Source: Candidatus Oxydemutator sp.
Lineage (GTDB): Bacteria; Pseudomonadota; Gammaproteobacteria; Poriferisulfidales; Oxydemutatoraceae
Direction: 5' to 3'
NCBI GenBank assembly: GCA_965203445.1
Contig: OZ241883.1
Coordinates: 160,001-224,000 of the forward strand
Length of the DNA: 64,000 nucleotides
Below the pieces are notes generated by a model. The model had not been told where the DNA came from and searched no databases. It saw nothing but the letters and a program-made list of their open reading frames with translations. Position numbers and translations under genes: made by a program. Of the stretch, positions 1-10,105 are shown piece by piece. The first letter of the stretch is position 1. Every line of letters starts with the position of its first letter.

Positions 1-1457
1 GAACGAAACGAAGTCACGAGGCGCCGCGTGCGGTTCAGGGTTCGCCTGGCATCGGCCGGCCCGGCCACCTCTCGGGTGCGTTCATCGCCCCGGGCGCCCA
101 TCGGATCACCGTTATGCGTCAAATCCGGGTTGGAAAATCGGCGCAGTTGGGCGCACCCGAAGGATCCTTGCTCGCGACACTGGAGGTCATAAGCCATGAT
201 CGTTCTCCAGCGGGCGGATTGCGGAGCGCCCGGTTCAAACGCCCGCTGGTTGACGTAACCGAAGCTGTATGGGTGTAGCGACTCGTCCAGGATAACCCTG
301 CTCTCATAGCGATCATGGTGCAACCCCATGCTGTGGCCCAATTCATGTGCGAAGGTGTATCCGCCCCCAAGACATGCAACACGGGAGATGCTGAAGGCGT
401 CCCGCTCCTCCCATGGACTTTCGGCGTTCATTATGTACGCGGCGCCACAGTCGTCCCCATACCTGACGATGAGATGCACTATGTCGGCCGCATACCGGTT
501 GCGGATGACGTGGGCCTCATCCAGAATGCCATCGGACGGGTTCCACAGGCTCCGCAGATCATCACCGAACGACCCGGTTCCGGTAAAAGTTACCATCTGC
601 GAGTGCGCCAGGTGCAGCCACTGGTGCACTCCGCTCTCCCGATAAGCCGCGTTGGTGTCCACGATCAACATGTCTATCAGCGCCTTGATTCCCGTGGTTC
701 CACCTCGCGCGTCCCTTGCGGCCGGCGTATAGAGAACGAGCACGTCGATCCGCGAGGACTCTTCGGCGGGGTCGGAGTCGGCCTGCGCCTGCTGCATGCT
801 CACCGCCACCTTCGCGCCGCCCGTGGCGACGGGCGGGGCGGCGGGCGCGGGCGCCGACGGCTTACGCGGATGAACGTCCGGCGGCAGCAGAGATGGATTC
901 ACTTGACGAACCACGTGCAAACCCGAACTCGTCGGCCGAATCGTGTAAGTCGCGCCGATTGTCCGCACCGCGCCCACCACCACGGCGCCGTTCACCGCCA
1001 AGGTCACCTCACCCTCCGGCGTACCCGCAAGATGACCCGACAAGACGTAACCGGACGCCGTCGGATGCACGCGCCCGACCCTGGCCTCAAACGTGGCGTC
1101 ATCGAAGAGATTCAGTGTCAGCGGTCGGCCTCGTCCACGCGCCGCAAAGAGCTTGGTGAAATCAACCCGGACTACGCGGCTGCGAAGCGTCGTACGCGCC
1201 GTCGAAGGCTCCTGTCGCGTCGCGGAAACCGCCTCGACCGCGGTGAACAACCCTTGCGCAGGAGCATGTGCGAACGCGGGCTGCACCCAGGTCGCGACAA
1301 AAACAGCCAGCAGACAAGAACAAACGGTCGAGAAACAATCGAACCGCCCGCTATGGCAATGGTTTGCCCGGAACGTAACGCCTTCGCCCGACGACGAATC
1401 GTCGCAAGGATAATGCTTACATACGCAATATATGACAAAGCCAATGGGCATTTTCAT
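1..1457 (-). CDS. Secreted M12B/reprolysin-like zinc metallopeptidase; 3' end runs off the window
   Basis: Manual translation of the minus frame, absent from the ORF track, is open from ATG 1457/1451 to the left edge. It shows a signal-like CLLAVFVATWVQPAFA, a prodomain-like LTLNLFDDATF, IDVLVLYTPAA, the Zn motif HELGHSMGLHHD and the Met-turn RTIMAY. Start uncertain. Confidence 0.88.
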   Translation of the reverse strand, partial: MKMPIGFVIYCVCKHYPCDDSSSGEGVTFRANHCHSGRFDCFSTVCSCLLAVFVATWVQPAFAHAPAQGLFTAVEAVSATRQEPSTARTTLRSRVVRVDFTKLFAARGRGRPLTLNLFDDATFEARVGRVHPTASGYVLSGHLAGTPEGEVTLAVNGAVVVGAVRTIGATYTIRPTSSGLHVVRQVNPSLLPPDVHPRKPSAPAPAAPPVATGGAKVAVSMQQAQADSDPAEESSRIDVLVLYTPAARDARGGTTGIKALIDMLIVDTNAAYRESGVHQWLHLAHSQMVTFTGTGSFGDDLRSLWNPSDGILDEAHVIRNRYAADIVHLIVRYGDDCGAAYIMNAESPWEERDAFSISRVACLGGGYTFAHELGHSMGLHHDRYESRVILDESLHPYSFGYVNQRAFEPGAPQSARWRTIMAYDLQCREQGSFGCAQLRRFSNPDLTHNGDPMGARGDERTREVAGPADARRTLNRTRRLVTSFR

Positions 1458-1509
1458 TCCCTTTGTATAGCGCAGTTGCCGCGCGGCTCCCAAACGAAGC
1501 GACACACCG

Positions 1510-2103
1510 TCACAACAAATGGAACCCGGCCTTCTCAAGCAACCGCGACAACGCGATCACCGGCAGGCCGGGCAGCGCGGTGGGGTCGTCGCTCTCTATG
1601 CTCTCGCACAAAAACCCGCCGAGGCCCTCGGAGCGAAAACTGCCGGCGCAATCGTACGGTTCGTCGCGCCTCAGGTAAGACTCGATGCGCGCGCGCGTAA
1701 GCCGCCGAAAGCGCACGCGGGTTTGGACGTTCTCGAACCAGTGCCGGCGCGCGCGCGCGTCGAGCACGCAAACGCCAGTGTGAAACACCAGCGTCCTGCC
1801 GGAACAGGCGAGCAACTGGGCGCGCGCACGCGCAAAGCCGCCGGGCTTGCCGATCAGTTCGTCGTCGAGGCTCGCGCACTCGTCCGAACCGATGATCAGA
1901 GCCTCGGGATAGCGCGGCGCGACGGCCTCCGCTTTCGCCTTCGACAGGCGCTCGACCAGGCTCTCGACCGACTCGCCCGCATGCGGTGTCTCACGGACGC
2001 CGGGCGTGCACGCCACGTGCTCGAGGCCCAGGCGACGCATTTGCGCGCGGCGGTATTTGGAGCTTGACGCCAACACCAGCGCCGGCTGCTTGTTTTCGTT
2101 CAC
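1510..2103 (-). CDS. maf: Maf/YceF nucleotide pyrophosphatase
   Basis: LVLASSSKYRR, IIGSDE, GKPG, CAGSFRSEGLG and GLP motifs; divergent from yceD-rpmF as usual; GTG start at 2103 chosen. Confidence 0.92.
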   Translation of the reverse strand: MNENKQPALVLASSSKYRRAQMRRLGLEHVACTPGVRETPHAGESVESLVERLSKAKAEAVAPRYPEALIIGSDECASLDDELIGKPGGFARARAQLLACSGRTLVFHTGVCVLDARARRHWFENVQTRVRFRRLTRARIESYLRRDEPYDCAGSFRSEGLGGFLCESIESDDPTALPGLPVIALSRLLEKAGFHLL

Positions 2104-2170
2104 GGGCGTCTCCCATTTTTGACGGGTGCGATGGTAGCCTATAAAATCTGAAATTCCATGAGAAATACCC

Positions 2171-2689
2171 ATGCTTGACAAACTTCCCGCACGCGCGCGC
2201 CCGGCGATGCTGGCAAAACACCGTACGCGGCTTGGCGGACGTTTGTGCGCGGACGAGTTGCCGCGGCTGGCGGAATTGTGCCGGTCGCGCGCGGCGCGCG
2301 TGGACGCGGCGCTCGAGTTCGCGTTCGAGAACGCAGGCGGGCGCTTGGTGATGCAAATACACGTGCGCGCCGAGCTGCGTCTGACGTGCCAGCGTTGTCT
2401 GGCGGCGATGACGTGGCGCGCGGATCACCGAAACCGCGTCTTCATCGTAAGCAACCACGAAATCGCCAGAAGCCTGCCACGCGGCGCCGACTACGTCGTG
2501 TGCGCGTCGCAGGATATTGCGCCCGCCAACGTGGTCGAAGAGGAAGTACTGCTGCTGTTGCCGCAGATACCGGCGCACGAAAACGTCGAACAATGCGATT
2601 CCGGCGTGATCGCGCATCTGCGCGACGGCGACACCCGCAACGACCCGCGCGGCAATCCATTTGCAGTCCTAGAGAACGTCCGACTATAA
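2171..2689 (+). CDS. yceD: YceD/DUF177 family protein
   Basis: CQRCL, VEEEVLLLLP and NPFAVL motifs; directly upstream of rpmF. Confidence 0.9.
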   Translation: MLDKLPARARPAMLAKHRTRLGGRLCADELPRLAELCRSRAARVDAALEFAFENAGGRLVMQIHVRAELRLTCQRCLAAMTWRADHRNRVFIVSNHEIARSLPRGADYVVCASQDIAPANVVEEEVLLLLPQIPAHENVEQCDSGVIAHLRDGDTRNDPRGNPFAVLENVRL

Positions 2690-2704
2690 CCGCAGGAGAA
2701 AAAA

Positions 2705-2917
2705 ATGGCCGTACAGAAAAACAAAAAGACCCGCTCGAAACGCGACATGCGCCGTTCGCACGACGCGCTGAAGGCGCCGACGCTGTCGGTGGAGCCGACC
2801 ACTGGCGTGCGCCACCGCCGCCACCACATCAGCGCCGACGGCTACTACCGCGGCCGGGAGATTATTCCCGACAAGACGCCCGCGGACGAAGACGAAGAAG
2901 AGGAAGAAGCCAGCTGA
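2705..2917 (+). CDS. rpmF: 50S ribosomal protein L32
   Basis: [22 protein letters not shown]...[11 protein letters not shown]; GGAG RBS upstream. Confidence 0.98.
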   Translation: MAVQKNKKTRSKRDMRRSHDALKAPTLSVEPTTGVRHRRHHISADGYYRGREIIPDKTPADEDEEEEEAS

Positions 2918-2960
2918 CCTCGCGGCAGCCCGCGCGCGGCCGCAAGCGAGCAAAAACATC

Positions 2961-3977
2961 GTGGCTGAACCCATCCACGTCGCGATAGACGCGATGAGCG
3001 GGGATCACGGCATGGATGTAATCATCCCCGCCGCGCTCGACGCCACCGCCGGTTTTGGCGACCTGCACCTGATACTCGTCGGCGACGAGCAGCGCATCGC
3101 CGCCAGGCTCGCCGACAGCGGCGCCACGCGGACGGCGCGCCTGCAATGCGTCGCGGCGACGCAGGTGATCGGGATGAACGAGGCGCCGGCGCACGCGCTA
3201 CGCGCGAAAAAGGACTCCTCGATGCGCGTCGCCGTCAATCTGGTGCGCGAGGGGCGCGCGCAGGCGTGCGTCAGCGCCGGCAACACCGGCGCGCTGACCG
3301 CAATCGCGCGCTACGTGCTGCGCACGCTCGCCGGCATAGACCGTCCCGCGATCACGACCGCGCTGCCGACGGTCGGCGGCCACACCCACATGCTCGACCT
3401 CGGCGCCAACGTGGACTGCAAAGCCGAGCATCTGTTTCAGTTCGCGGTCATGGGTTCGGTGCTGGCAAACGCGGTGGACAACCTCGGCAGCCCGCGCGTC
3501 GGGCTGCTGAACATCGGCCAGGAGGCGATCAAGGGCAACGACCAGGTCAAGGAGGCGGATCATCAGTTGCGCGCGAGTTCGCTGAATTACATCGGCTACG
3601 TCGAGGGCAACCATATTTTCGAGGATCGCGCCGACGTCATCGTCGCCGACGGTTTTATCGGCAACGTCGCGCTGAAAACCAGCGAGGGCACGGCGCGCTT
3701 CATCTCGAACATGGTCAAGGAGGCGTTCGCCAGGAACCTGCTGTCGAAATTCGCGGCCACCGTGGCCACGCCGGTGCTGAAATCCATCGCCCGCACCACC
3801 GACCCGCGCCGCTACAACGGCGCCAGCCTGCTCGGCTTGCAGGGCGTCGTCATCAAGAGTCACGGCGGCGCCGACGCGCTCGCGTTCCGGCGCGCGATAG
3901 AGATCGCGCGCACCGAGGCGATCAAGCAGATCCCGCAGCTGATAGACAAGCGCCTCGAGGAAATCCTGCTGCACTGA
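2961..3977 (+). CDS. plsX: Phosphate acyltransferase PlsX
   Basis: [29 protein letters not shown] and KSHG motifs. Confidence 0.97.
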   Translation: MAEPIHVAIDAMSGDHGMDVIIPAALDATAGFGDLHLILVGDEQRIAARLADSGATRTARLQCVAATQVIGMNEAPAHALRAKKDSSMRVAVNLVREGRAQACVSAGNTGALTAIARYVLRTLAGIDRPAITTALPTVGGHTHMLDLGANVDCKAEHLFQFAVMGSVLANAVDNLGSPRVGLLNIGQEAIKGNDQVKEADHQLRASSLNYIGYVEGNHIFEDRADVIVADGFIGNVALKTSEGTARFISNMVKEAFARNLLSKFAATVATPVLKSIARTTDPRRYNGASLLGLQGVVIKSHGGADALAFRRAIEIARTEAIKQIPQLIDKRLEEILLH

Positions 3978-4002
3978 TGCACCGGGGGACGCCGTACGAA
4001 CC

Positions 4003-4935
4003 ATGAACGTCTACGCCAGAATCACCGGCACCGGTTCACACCTGCCGGACAAAGTGCTGACCAACGACGATCTGTCGAAGATCGTCAATACTTCGGATCA
4101 ATGGATCCGCGAGCGCACCGGCATCAAGCGCCGCCACGTCGCGGCCGACGGCGAGACCTGCTGCGACCTGGCCGAGCGCGCGGCGCGCGCCGCGTTGGAC
4201 GTGGCCGGGGTCGCCGCGCGCGACGTGGATCTGATCGTGCTGGCGACGACGACCCCCGACAAGGTCTTTCCGAGCACCGCGTGCCTGCTGCAAAAACGCC
4301 TCGACGTCCACGGCTGCCCGGCGTTCGACGTCCAGGCCGTGTGCACCGGCTTCGTCTATGCGCTCGATATTGCCAAGCGCTTTATCGAGACGCGCGGTGC
4401 CACGCGCGCGCTCGTCGTCGGCGCCGAGGTGCTGTCGCGCATTCTCGACTGGAGCGACCGCGCAAGCTGCGTGCTGTTCGGCGACGGCGCCGGCGCCGTC
4501 GTCGTCGAGGCCGGCGACGAACCCGGTATTCTTTCGACGCACCTGCACGCCGACGGCCAGTACGAGGAACTGCTGCACGCGCCCGAGGACTACATCCGCA
4601 TGCGCGGCAGCGAGGTCTTCAAGATCGCGGTCAAGACGCTGGAGCGCGTCGCCGACGAGACGCTCGCCGCCAACGGCCTGAGCCAGGCCGACGTCGACTG
4701 GCTGGTGCCGCACCAGGCGAACTACCGCATCATCGCGGCGACCGCGAAGAAACTGAAACTGCCGATGGAGCGCGTCGTCGTCACCGTGGACGAGCACGGC
4801 AACACGTCGGCGGCCTCGATCCCGCTGGCGCTCGACCGCGCCGTGCGCGACGGCCGCATCCAGCGCGGCGAGACGCTGCTGCTCGAGGCCTTCGGCGGCG
4901 GCTTCACGTGGGGTTCGGCGCTGCTGAAGTTTTAG
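4003..4935 (+). CDS. fabH: 3-oxoacyl-ACP synthase III
   Basis: [26 protein letters not shown] and GGGFTWG motifs. Confidence 0.97.
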   Translation: MNVYARITGTGSHLPDKVLTNDDLSKIVNTSDQWIRERTGIKRRHVAADGETCCDLAERAARAALDVAGVAARDVDLIVLATTTPDKVFPSTACLLQKRLDVHGCPAFDVQAVCTGFVYALDIAKRFIETRGATRALVVGAEVLSRILDWSDRASCVLFGDGAGAVVVEAGDEPGILSTHLHADGQYEELLHAPEDYIRMRGSEVFKIAVKTLERVADETLAANGLSQADVDWLVPHQANYRIIAATAKKLKLPMERVVVTVDEHGNTSAASIPLALDRAVRDGRIQRGETLLLEAFGGGFTWGSALLKF

Positions 4936-4956
4936 CGGCGCGCGCGTCGCCCCGCA

Positions 4957-4989
4957 CCACGTCTGTCCCACGTTCGTCCCACGTTTGTC
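4957..4989. repeat. Three tandem 11-bp units CCACGTYYGTC
   Basis: ccacgtctgtc/ccacgttcgtc/ccacgtttgtc between fabH and the UDG gene; partial fourth copy at 4994-5002. Confidence 0.7.
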
Positions 4990-5665
4990 CCGGCCACGTG
5001 TCTTGAGCGCGAACGCGCACTTCGACGCGAACTGCAAGCGCTGCAAGCGTCTTGCGCGCCATCTCCGCGAAGTCCGGCGCCTGCACCCCGACTACCACTG
5101 CGCGCCGGTGCCGGCGTTCGGCGACGCGCGCGCACGGCTGCTGATCGTAGGCCTGGCGCCGGGGCGCCACGGCGCCAACCGCAGCGGGCGCCCGTTCACC
5201 GGCGACTACGCCGGCACCCTGCTCTACCGCACGCTGCACAAGCACGGCTACGCCGACCGCGCGGCGTCGCAAAGACGCGGCGACGGCCTGACGCTGACCG
5301 ACTGCCGCATAACCAACGCCGTCAAGTGCCTGCCGCCGGCCAACAAACCGAACGCCGCCGAAATCCGCGAATGCAACCGCTTCCTACGACAAGAACTGGC
5401 GGCGCTGCCCGCGAACTCGCTGATCATCGCGCTCGGACGAATCGCGCACGGCGCGGTGCTGCGCGCGCTCGGCATAGTGCAGGCGCGCCACCCCTTCCGC
5501 CACGGCGCAACGCACAAACCGGCACCGGGACTGACGCTGCTCGACTGCTACCATTGCAGCCGCTACAACGTGCAGACAAAGCGCCTGACCCCGCGCCAGT
5601 TCGACACCATCTTCCAACGCGCCAAAAAAATCCTGGCAGCGCAACGCACCACAAAGAAGCGATGA
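4985..5665 (+). CDS. Uracil-DNA glycosylase, family 5 (UdgB-like, Fe-S)
   Basis: CxxCxxL, GLAPGRHGANRSGRPFTGD, NAVKCLPPANKP and YHCSRYN motifs; start uncertain. Confidence 0.92.
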   Translation: MSRPRVLSANAHFDANCKRCKRLARHLREVRRLHPDYHCAPVPAFGDARARLLIVGLAPGRHGANRSGRPFTGDYAGTLLYRTLHKHGYADRAASQRRGDGLTLTDCRITNAVKCLPPANKPNAAEIRECNRFLRQELAALPANSLIIALGRIAHGAVLRALGIVQARHPFRHGATHKPAPGLTLLDCYHCSRYNVQTKRLTPRQFDTIFQRAKKILAAQRTTKKR

Positions 5666-5745
5666 TGGAAAAGATCATGGAAAGTTCCTCGAGGAGCGTA
5701 AGCCATCCATTGTCGAGATATTCAAGAAGTGGGGAATGACAACGC

Positions 5746-6255
5746 ATGAACGAAGCCAAACTCAAAGACACGTTGCGCTCGCTGATTCACCGATACGGTT
5801 TCGAGCGAGTGAACCGGTCTCTACATCGGATCGGATCCTCGGAGTATCGCCGCAAGAGTACCGCAAAGGGCAAAGAACCGCCTGCTAAGACCGCGCAAAC
5901 GAAGTCTCGCAAAAAGAAGGCGAAAACCAGCGCATCGGAATACGTCGCAAAATTGGACGTTCCTGCGGGGAAAAAACCGGTGGTGATCGAGCTGGCGAAA
6001 AGGTTTGAGGACAAATCTTTTTTGCCGAGCCTCGGCGACGTCAGAGAATTTTTCCGGGTATATGGAATTACCGAACCGGTGCCCAAATCTCGCGCCAGTG
6101 CGGTCCCGAAGGTTTTCAAGTTCATAGCGAAGATGGAGACAAACGAAGTCCAGGGCATACTCGAAAACGGGATGTTTTCCGGCCCGTCCCGACTCGGACC
6201 TATCGCGGACGCAATTCTGCGAAGGGGCGACGCCTCCCGCAGGCAAAAATTATAG
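5746..6255 (+). CDS. Hypothetical basic protein
   Basis: 169-aa ORF with protein-like composition and lower GC, filling the gap between udg and the radical SAM gene. Confidence 0.7.
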   Translation: MNEAKLKDTLRSLIHRYGFERVNRSLHRIGSSEYRRKSTAKGKEPPAKTAQTKSRKKKAKTSASEYVAKLDVPAGKKPVVIELAKRFEDKSFLPSLGDVREFFRVYGITEPVPKSRASAVPKVFKFIAKMETNEVQGILENGMFSGPSRLGPIADAILRRGDASRRQKL

Positions 6256-7323
6256 AAAAGACAGTTGGGCGCCGCCGCTGCCGGGGGCCTGGAACAAATC
6301 GGTTCTCAGGGGCGGCAGGCGTGTCTTGTCCAGGCCGTGTTTGCGGCGCGCCGCGGCGAAGCGCGCCGCCAGCAATTCCGCGAACGGGCCTTGGCCGCGC
6401 ATGCGCCGCCCCCACGTCGGATCGTTGGCCTTGCCGCCCCGGGTGTCGCGCACGGCGTTCATCACCCGTTTGGCCTTCAGCGGGTAATGTTCGGCGAGCC
6501 ACGCCTCGAACAAATCCTTGACCTCGAGCGGCAGCCGCAACAGGATGTAGTGCACCGCCCGCGCGCCGGCGGCCGCAACCTGCTCGACTATCGCCTCCAG
6601 TTCATGATCGTTGATGAACGGAATCATCGGCGCCGCCATCGCGCCCGTCGGCACGCCGTGTTCGTGCAACCGCCGGATGGTCGCAAGCCGCGCCGCGGGG
6701 CTTGCGGTGCGCGGCTCCAGTTTTCTCTTCAATTCGTTCGACAGGGTCGTGACGCTGACGTAGGCGTGCACCAGTCGCAGGCTCGCCAGCTCGGCCAACA
6801 GATCCGCGTCGCGCAGTATCAACGTGCCCTTGGTAACTATCGTCACCGGATGCCGGTGTTCGAGCGCCACCTCGAGGATCGTGCGCGTGATCGCCAGGCG
6901 CTTCTCGGCGGGCTGATACGGGTCGGTGTTGGTGCCCATCGCAATCGGACGGCACTGATACGAGGGGCGCCCCAGTTCGCGGATGAGCTTCTCGCGCACG
7001 CCGGTCTTGTAGAAAATCCTGGTCTCGAAATCGAGGCCCGGAGAAAGATCGAGATAGGCGTGCGTGGGGCGCGCGAAACAGTAGATGCAACCGTGCTCGC
7101 ATCCCTTGTAGGCGTTGATCGAACGGTCGAAGGATATGTCCGGCGAGCGGTTGTAGGTAATGACGCGAACCGCGTCGTCCGCCGTCAGCCGCGTCGCCGG
7201 AGAAGGCGCCGCCTCCTCGTCCGCCTCCCAGCCGTCGTCCACCGCCTCGACGCTCGTCTTCAGATAGCGCCCCTGCGGACTGATCGTGGCGCCTCGGCCT
7301 TTGTGTACAGTGTCGCGGGTCAT
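6250..7323 (-). CDS. PA0069-family (SplB-like) radical SAM protein
   Basis: SINAYKGCEHGCIYCFAR (CxxxCxxC), GTNTDPYQP and LEPR motifs; C-terminal QLSFL. Confidence 0.93.
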   Translation of the reverse strand: MTRDTVHKGRGATISPQGRYLKTSVEAVDDGWEADEEAAPSPATRLTADDAVRVITYNRSPDISFDRSINAYKGCEHGCIYCFARPTHAYLDLSPGLDFETRIFYKTGVREKLIRELGRPSYQCRPIAMGTNTDPYQPAEKRLAITRTILEVALEHRHPVTIVTKGTLILRDADLLAELASLRLVHAYVSVTTLSNELKRKLEPRTASPAARLATIRRLHEHGVPTGAMAAPMIPFINDHELEAIVEQVAAAGARAVHYILLRLPLEVKDLFEAWLAEHYPLKAKRVMNAVRDTRGGKANDPTWGRRMRGQGPFAELLAARFAAARRKHGLDKTRLPPLRTDLFQAPGSGGAQLSFL

Positions 7324-7334
7324 TGCAGACGGCG

Positions 7335-8147
7335 CTACGCCCTGCCTGATAATTTTTGCTTATACATGGCCAGGTCCTTGTCGGTCACGGCCTCAGGCGG
7401 CACCAGCCGGTAGTGTCGCTCTGCGACTACCCGCACATCGTCGTCTTGCCGCCCAAACTCGAACAGCGCGATGCAATCGTCCCGCATCAGCTGGGTTCCG
7501 ACGGGCCGACAGATCAGAGTCGGCAATTTGTCGGCACACAACGCGATATCCTGTTCGATCTGCACCCGATTGAGCTTGTCACTCCCACCTTTGGCCTGCA
7601 CGGGCACCACGTAATGAGACCCTCCTTTGTCCACGCCCACGTATATCTCGTCCGTCTCTACTTGCCCCATGCCGGGAACCGTCGTCCGAAAATGGTTCTG
7701 GAGGGACAGACAGGCGATTCCGAGGAAGATATCTATCAATCGGTTGTAACGCACGCGGGCCAACACGGCTTGCTCGTCGTTAAACGAATACCTGGCGATG
7801 ATCCCGGGGGTCGAGTCAGGCACCTTCGTGACCGCAAGGTTTGGATTGGGAACGAGCGGCGCGTCGCCGACCAGGACGAACCGGTATTTGCCTCGCCCCG
7901 CCGCTCGAATGATCCAGGTTTCGCCCGCGGGTGCCCGTGCCAGAATCTTTTCCGGGAGATCCGCGCGGTAGCGGAAGGTATATATCAGATCGCCCAGATT
8001 CTTGGGCAGTTCGATATGCAGCCGGGACGCGAACGTGACAATGTCTTCTCGTTCAAAGTCCACCTCGCGTTGCCCGCGCCGATACCTGGCCTCGAAGATA
8101 GCCTCGATAATCGCCGCGTAGCGGCTTTGGGGAAGAACAGGCGCCAT
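7335..8147 (-). CDS. Putative restriction endonuclease, PD-(D/E)xK-like
   Basis: QVETDEIYVG...VPVQAKGG motif; 9 bp downstream of a DNA methyltransferase gene. Confidence 0.7.
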   Translation of the reverse strand: MAPVLPQSRYAAIIEAIFEARYRRGQREVDFEREDIVTFASRLHIELPKNLGDLIYTFRYRADLPEKILARAPAGETWIIRAAGRGKYRFVLVGDAPLVPNPNLAVTKVPDSTPGIIARYSFNDEQAVLARVRYNRLIDIFLGIACLSLQNHFRTTVPGMGQVETDEIYVGVDKGGSHYVVPVQAKGGSDKLNRVQIEQDIALCADKLPTLICRPVGTQLMRDDCIALFEFGRQDDDVRVVAERHYRLVPPEAVTDKDLAMYKQKLSGRA

Positions 8148-8156
8148 CTTTCCTAT

Positions 8157-9542
8157 TCAACGACGACCCGGCCATTCCAGCAGAACCACTTCTTCGCGCA
8201 GTTGCTCGCCGGTCACCGTCGACGTCCTGGTGCGAAACAAGTCAATGCCGATGACTTTGTAGTGCAATGATTGGGCCAAATCGGCAAGAAGTCGGCCGGT
8301 GCGAATCATGACCCGCAGATAAGACGCCTGGTCGCCCACCACGTAGGCGAGCCTCGCGCCTGGTTTCAGGGCCGGACGCAAGGACGCAAGATGCCGCAGC
8401 ATGCCGCCAAAATACAGCTGGGTAACACGCGGATACAGGCGCTCAAAGCCGGAGGTCTTGCCCAGCTCGAGGCGGCGCCTCTCGATGGCATCGGCAATTT
8501 TCCGTATCTCGGCGTTGTCCGCCACCTCACGATCGTCCACGTCGGATTTGTACACTCCTCTGGTATTGGATCTGACCAGGTCTTGTTTCAGCGACCGTAA
8601 TTCCCGCCTGCTGCGGATGAATCCAAGAACGACGGATTCCAACCGCGTCGTACGCGTATAATCTTTCTCATTCGGATACGGCGGAGACGTAATCACAACG
8701 TCAATGGATCCCGGTGCAAGCACCGCACCGGTTTCCCGGGCATCGGCCTTGACCACCCGAACGGGCACGCCGGCCCGGTCGGCGCTACGGCCGACGTCGC
8801 CGGCGATTGCCCGCATGCCGTCGAACCACGTCCCGACGACCGGGGCATCTTCCTTGATCCGGCCAACCCCCACTTCCGGCCCGAATTTCAAATTGCCGAT
8901 ATGCCGCACAAGAGCGTTCGCAAGCGCGAGCCGTCCATACCGCCGCTCGCGATGCCCGCCATGCCGGTCAATGGCATCGAGTAGCACCAACGTTTTGTGC
9001 AGCGGCAGCGGACTGATGGAATTCTTCAGCAACAGTTTCGACCGTTCGGGCGGGAGCACACGAAGCGGATTGCGGATGACCCGCCGCCGCAGGGCGCTTT
9101 TTGCCGCCGCCGCGACGGTTTCAGCGTAGTCCGTAAGCTTGGCGCAGTCAGCCGACCAGTCAACCTTTACCGTGCTTGCGAAATGCGCGACGGGGTTTGA
9201 TTCCATCCCGATGCTCCCGATGCCGAGTTTCTTGCACGCAACCAGGGTGGTGCCGGTTCCACAGAATGGATCGAGAACCGTAGCGGCGGAACCGGCCACA
9301 AACCGGTCCACGTAGTCATGCACCAGATGCGGTGGAAAAGACAAAACGAAACGATACCAGTCGTGGACGGCGCGGTCCTCGGAACGCAACCTGTTCCGGT
9401 TGGCTTGAGCGGCGACGGGGAGGGTCTCGGCCAACGTCGGTTTCCTATGCATCGGTATCGAGCAAATATGCGCCGGCAAGAGGGGGGACGGCCGGTCGGA
9501 GCGCAAGGAGCAGCATAGCGGTAATGAAGTATGCGCGAACAT
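8157..9542 (-). CDS. Site-specific DNA amino-methyltransferase (likely N4-cytosine)
   Basis: HDWYRF, SAM-binding LDPFCGTGTT preceding catalytic TSPPY; true start may be ATG near 9452. Confidence 0.9.
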   Translation of the reverse strand: MFAHTSLPLCCSLRSDRPSPLLPAHICSIPMHRKPTLAETLPVAAQANRNRLRSEDRAVHDWYRFVLSFPPHLVHDYVDRFVAGSAATVLDPFCGTGTTLVACKKLGIGSIGMESNPVAHFASTVKVDWSADCAKLTDYAETVAAAAKSALRRRVIRNPLRVLPPERSKLLLKNSISPLPLHKTLVLLDAIDRHGGHRERRYGRLALANALVRHIGNLKFGPEVGVGRIKEDAPVVGTWFDGMRAIAGDVGRSADRAGVPVRVVKADARETGAVLAPGSIDVVITSPPYPNEKDYTRTTRLESVVLGFIRSRRELRSLKQDLVRSNTRGVYKSDVDDREVADNAEIRKIADAIERRRLELGKTSGFERLYPRVTQLYFGGMLRHLASLRPALKPGARLAYVVGDQASYLRVMIRTGRLLADLAQSLHYKVIGIDLFRTRTSTVTGEQLREEVVLLEWPGRR

Positions 9543-9676
9543 GGTCGCAGAGTAAAGGCCTTATAGGGCGCTATCTGCGAGCACCTCGGGGGCGCAGGCA
9601 TACGGATGATTATCGCTTGAGGAAACATTGATCGGCACCGATATAGTAGCGTACCAAGTCTGCTATAATCGCTCTC

Positions 9677-10105
9677 ATGGCAGTTACGGCACAACATTTC
9701 GACACCCTCAGGGCGGCGGAAGAATTAGAAACCGCCGGGCTTCCGGCGCCCGCGGCCAAGGCCATCAGCATGGTCATTGATCGCAGCCGGGAGAGCGGTG
9801 TGCGTGAGAGCAGGATCGAAAAGATCGAGAACGATATATTGATACTCAACGACAAGGTGGAGAGACTTGATAACAAGGTAGAGAAACTTGATAGCAAGAT
9901 AGAGAAACTCGACGGCAGGGTAGGGAGACTTGAAACCAAGGTGGAGAGACTTGACAGCAAGGTGGAGAGACTTGATAGTAAGATAGAGCAACTTGACGGC
10001 AAGATGGAGAAACGGATTACGGAACTCGAAACTCAGTTGATCAAGTGGACGGTGGCGGTTGGTGCCGTTGTCACCGCCGTGATCAGTGTGGTCGTAAAAC
10101 TGTAG
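9677..10105 (+). CDS. DUF1640/CCDC90-like coiled-coil protein with C-terminal membrane anchor
   Basis: FDTLRAAEELETAGLPAPAAKAI head, heptad stalk, LIKWTVAVGAVV transmembrane tail. Confidence 0.8.
   Translation: MAVTAQHFDTLRAAEELETAGLPAPAAKAISMVIDRSRESGVRESRIEKIENDILILNDKVERLDNKVEKLDSKIEKLDGRVGRLETKVERLDSKVERLDSKIEQLDGKMEKRITELETQLIKWTVAVGAVVTAVISVVVKL
9854..10000 (+). repeat. Seven tandem 21-bp units encoding KVERLDS-like heptads
   Basis: aaggtggagagacttgataac / aaggtagagaaacttgatagc / aagatagagaaactcgacggc and further copies. Confidence 0.9.

Noticed and set aside
315-1700. 461-aa plus-strand ORF
   Set aside because: In-register antisense shadow of the minus-strand metallopeptidase; Arg-rich with no motifs.
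9854-10000. Possible CRISPR or iteron array
   Set aside because: Contiguous in-frame 21-bp coding repeats with no spacers.
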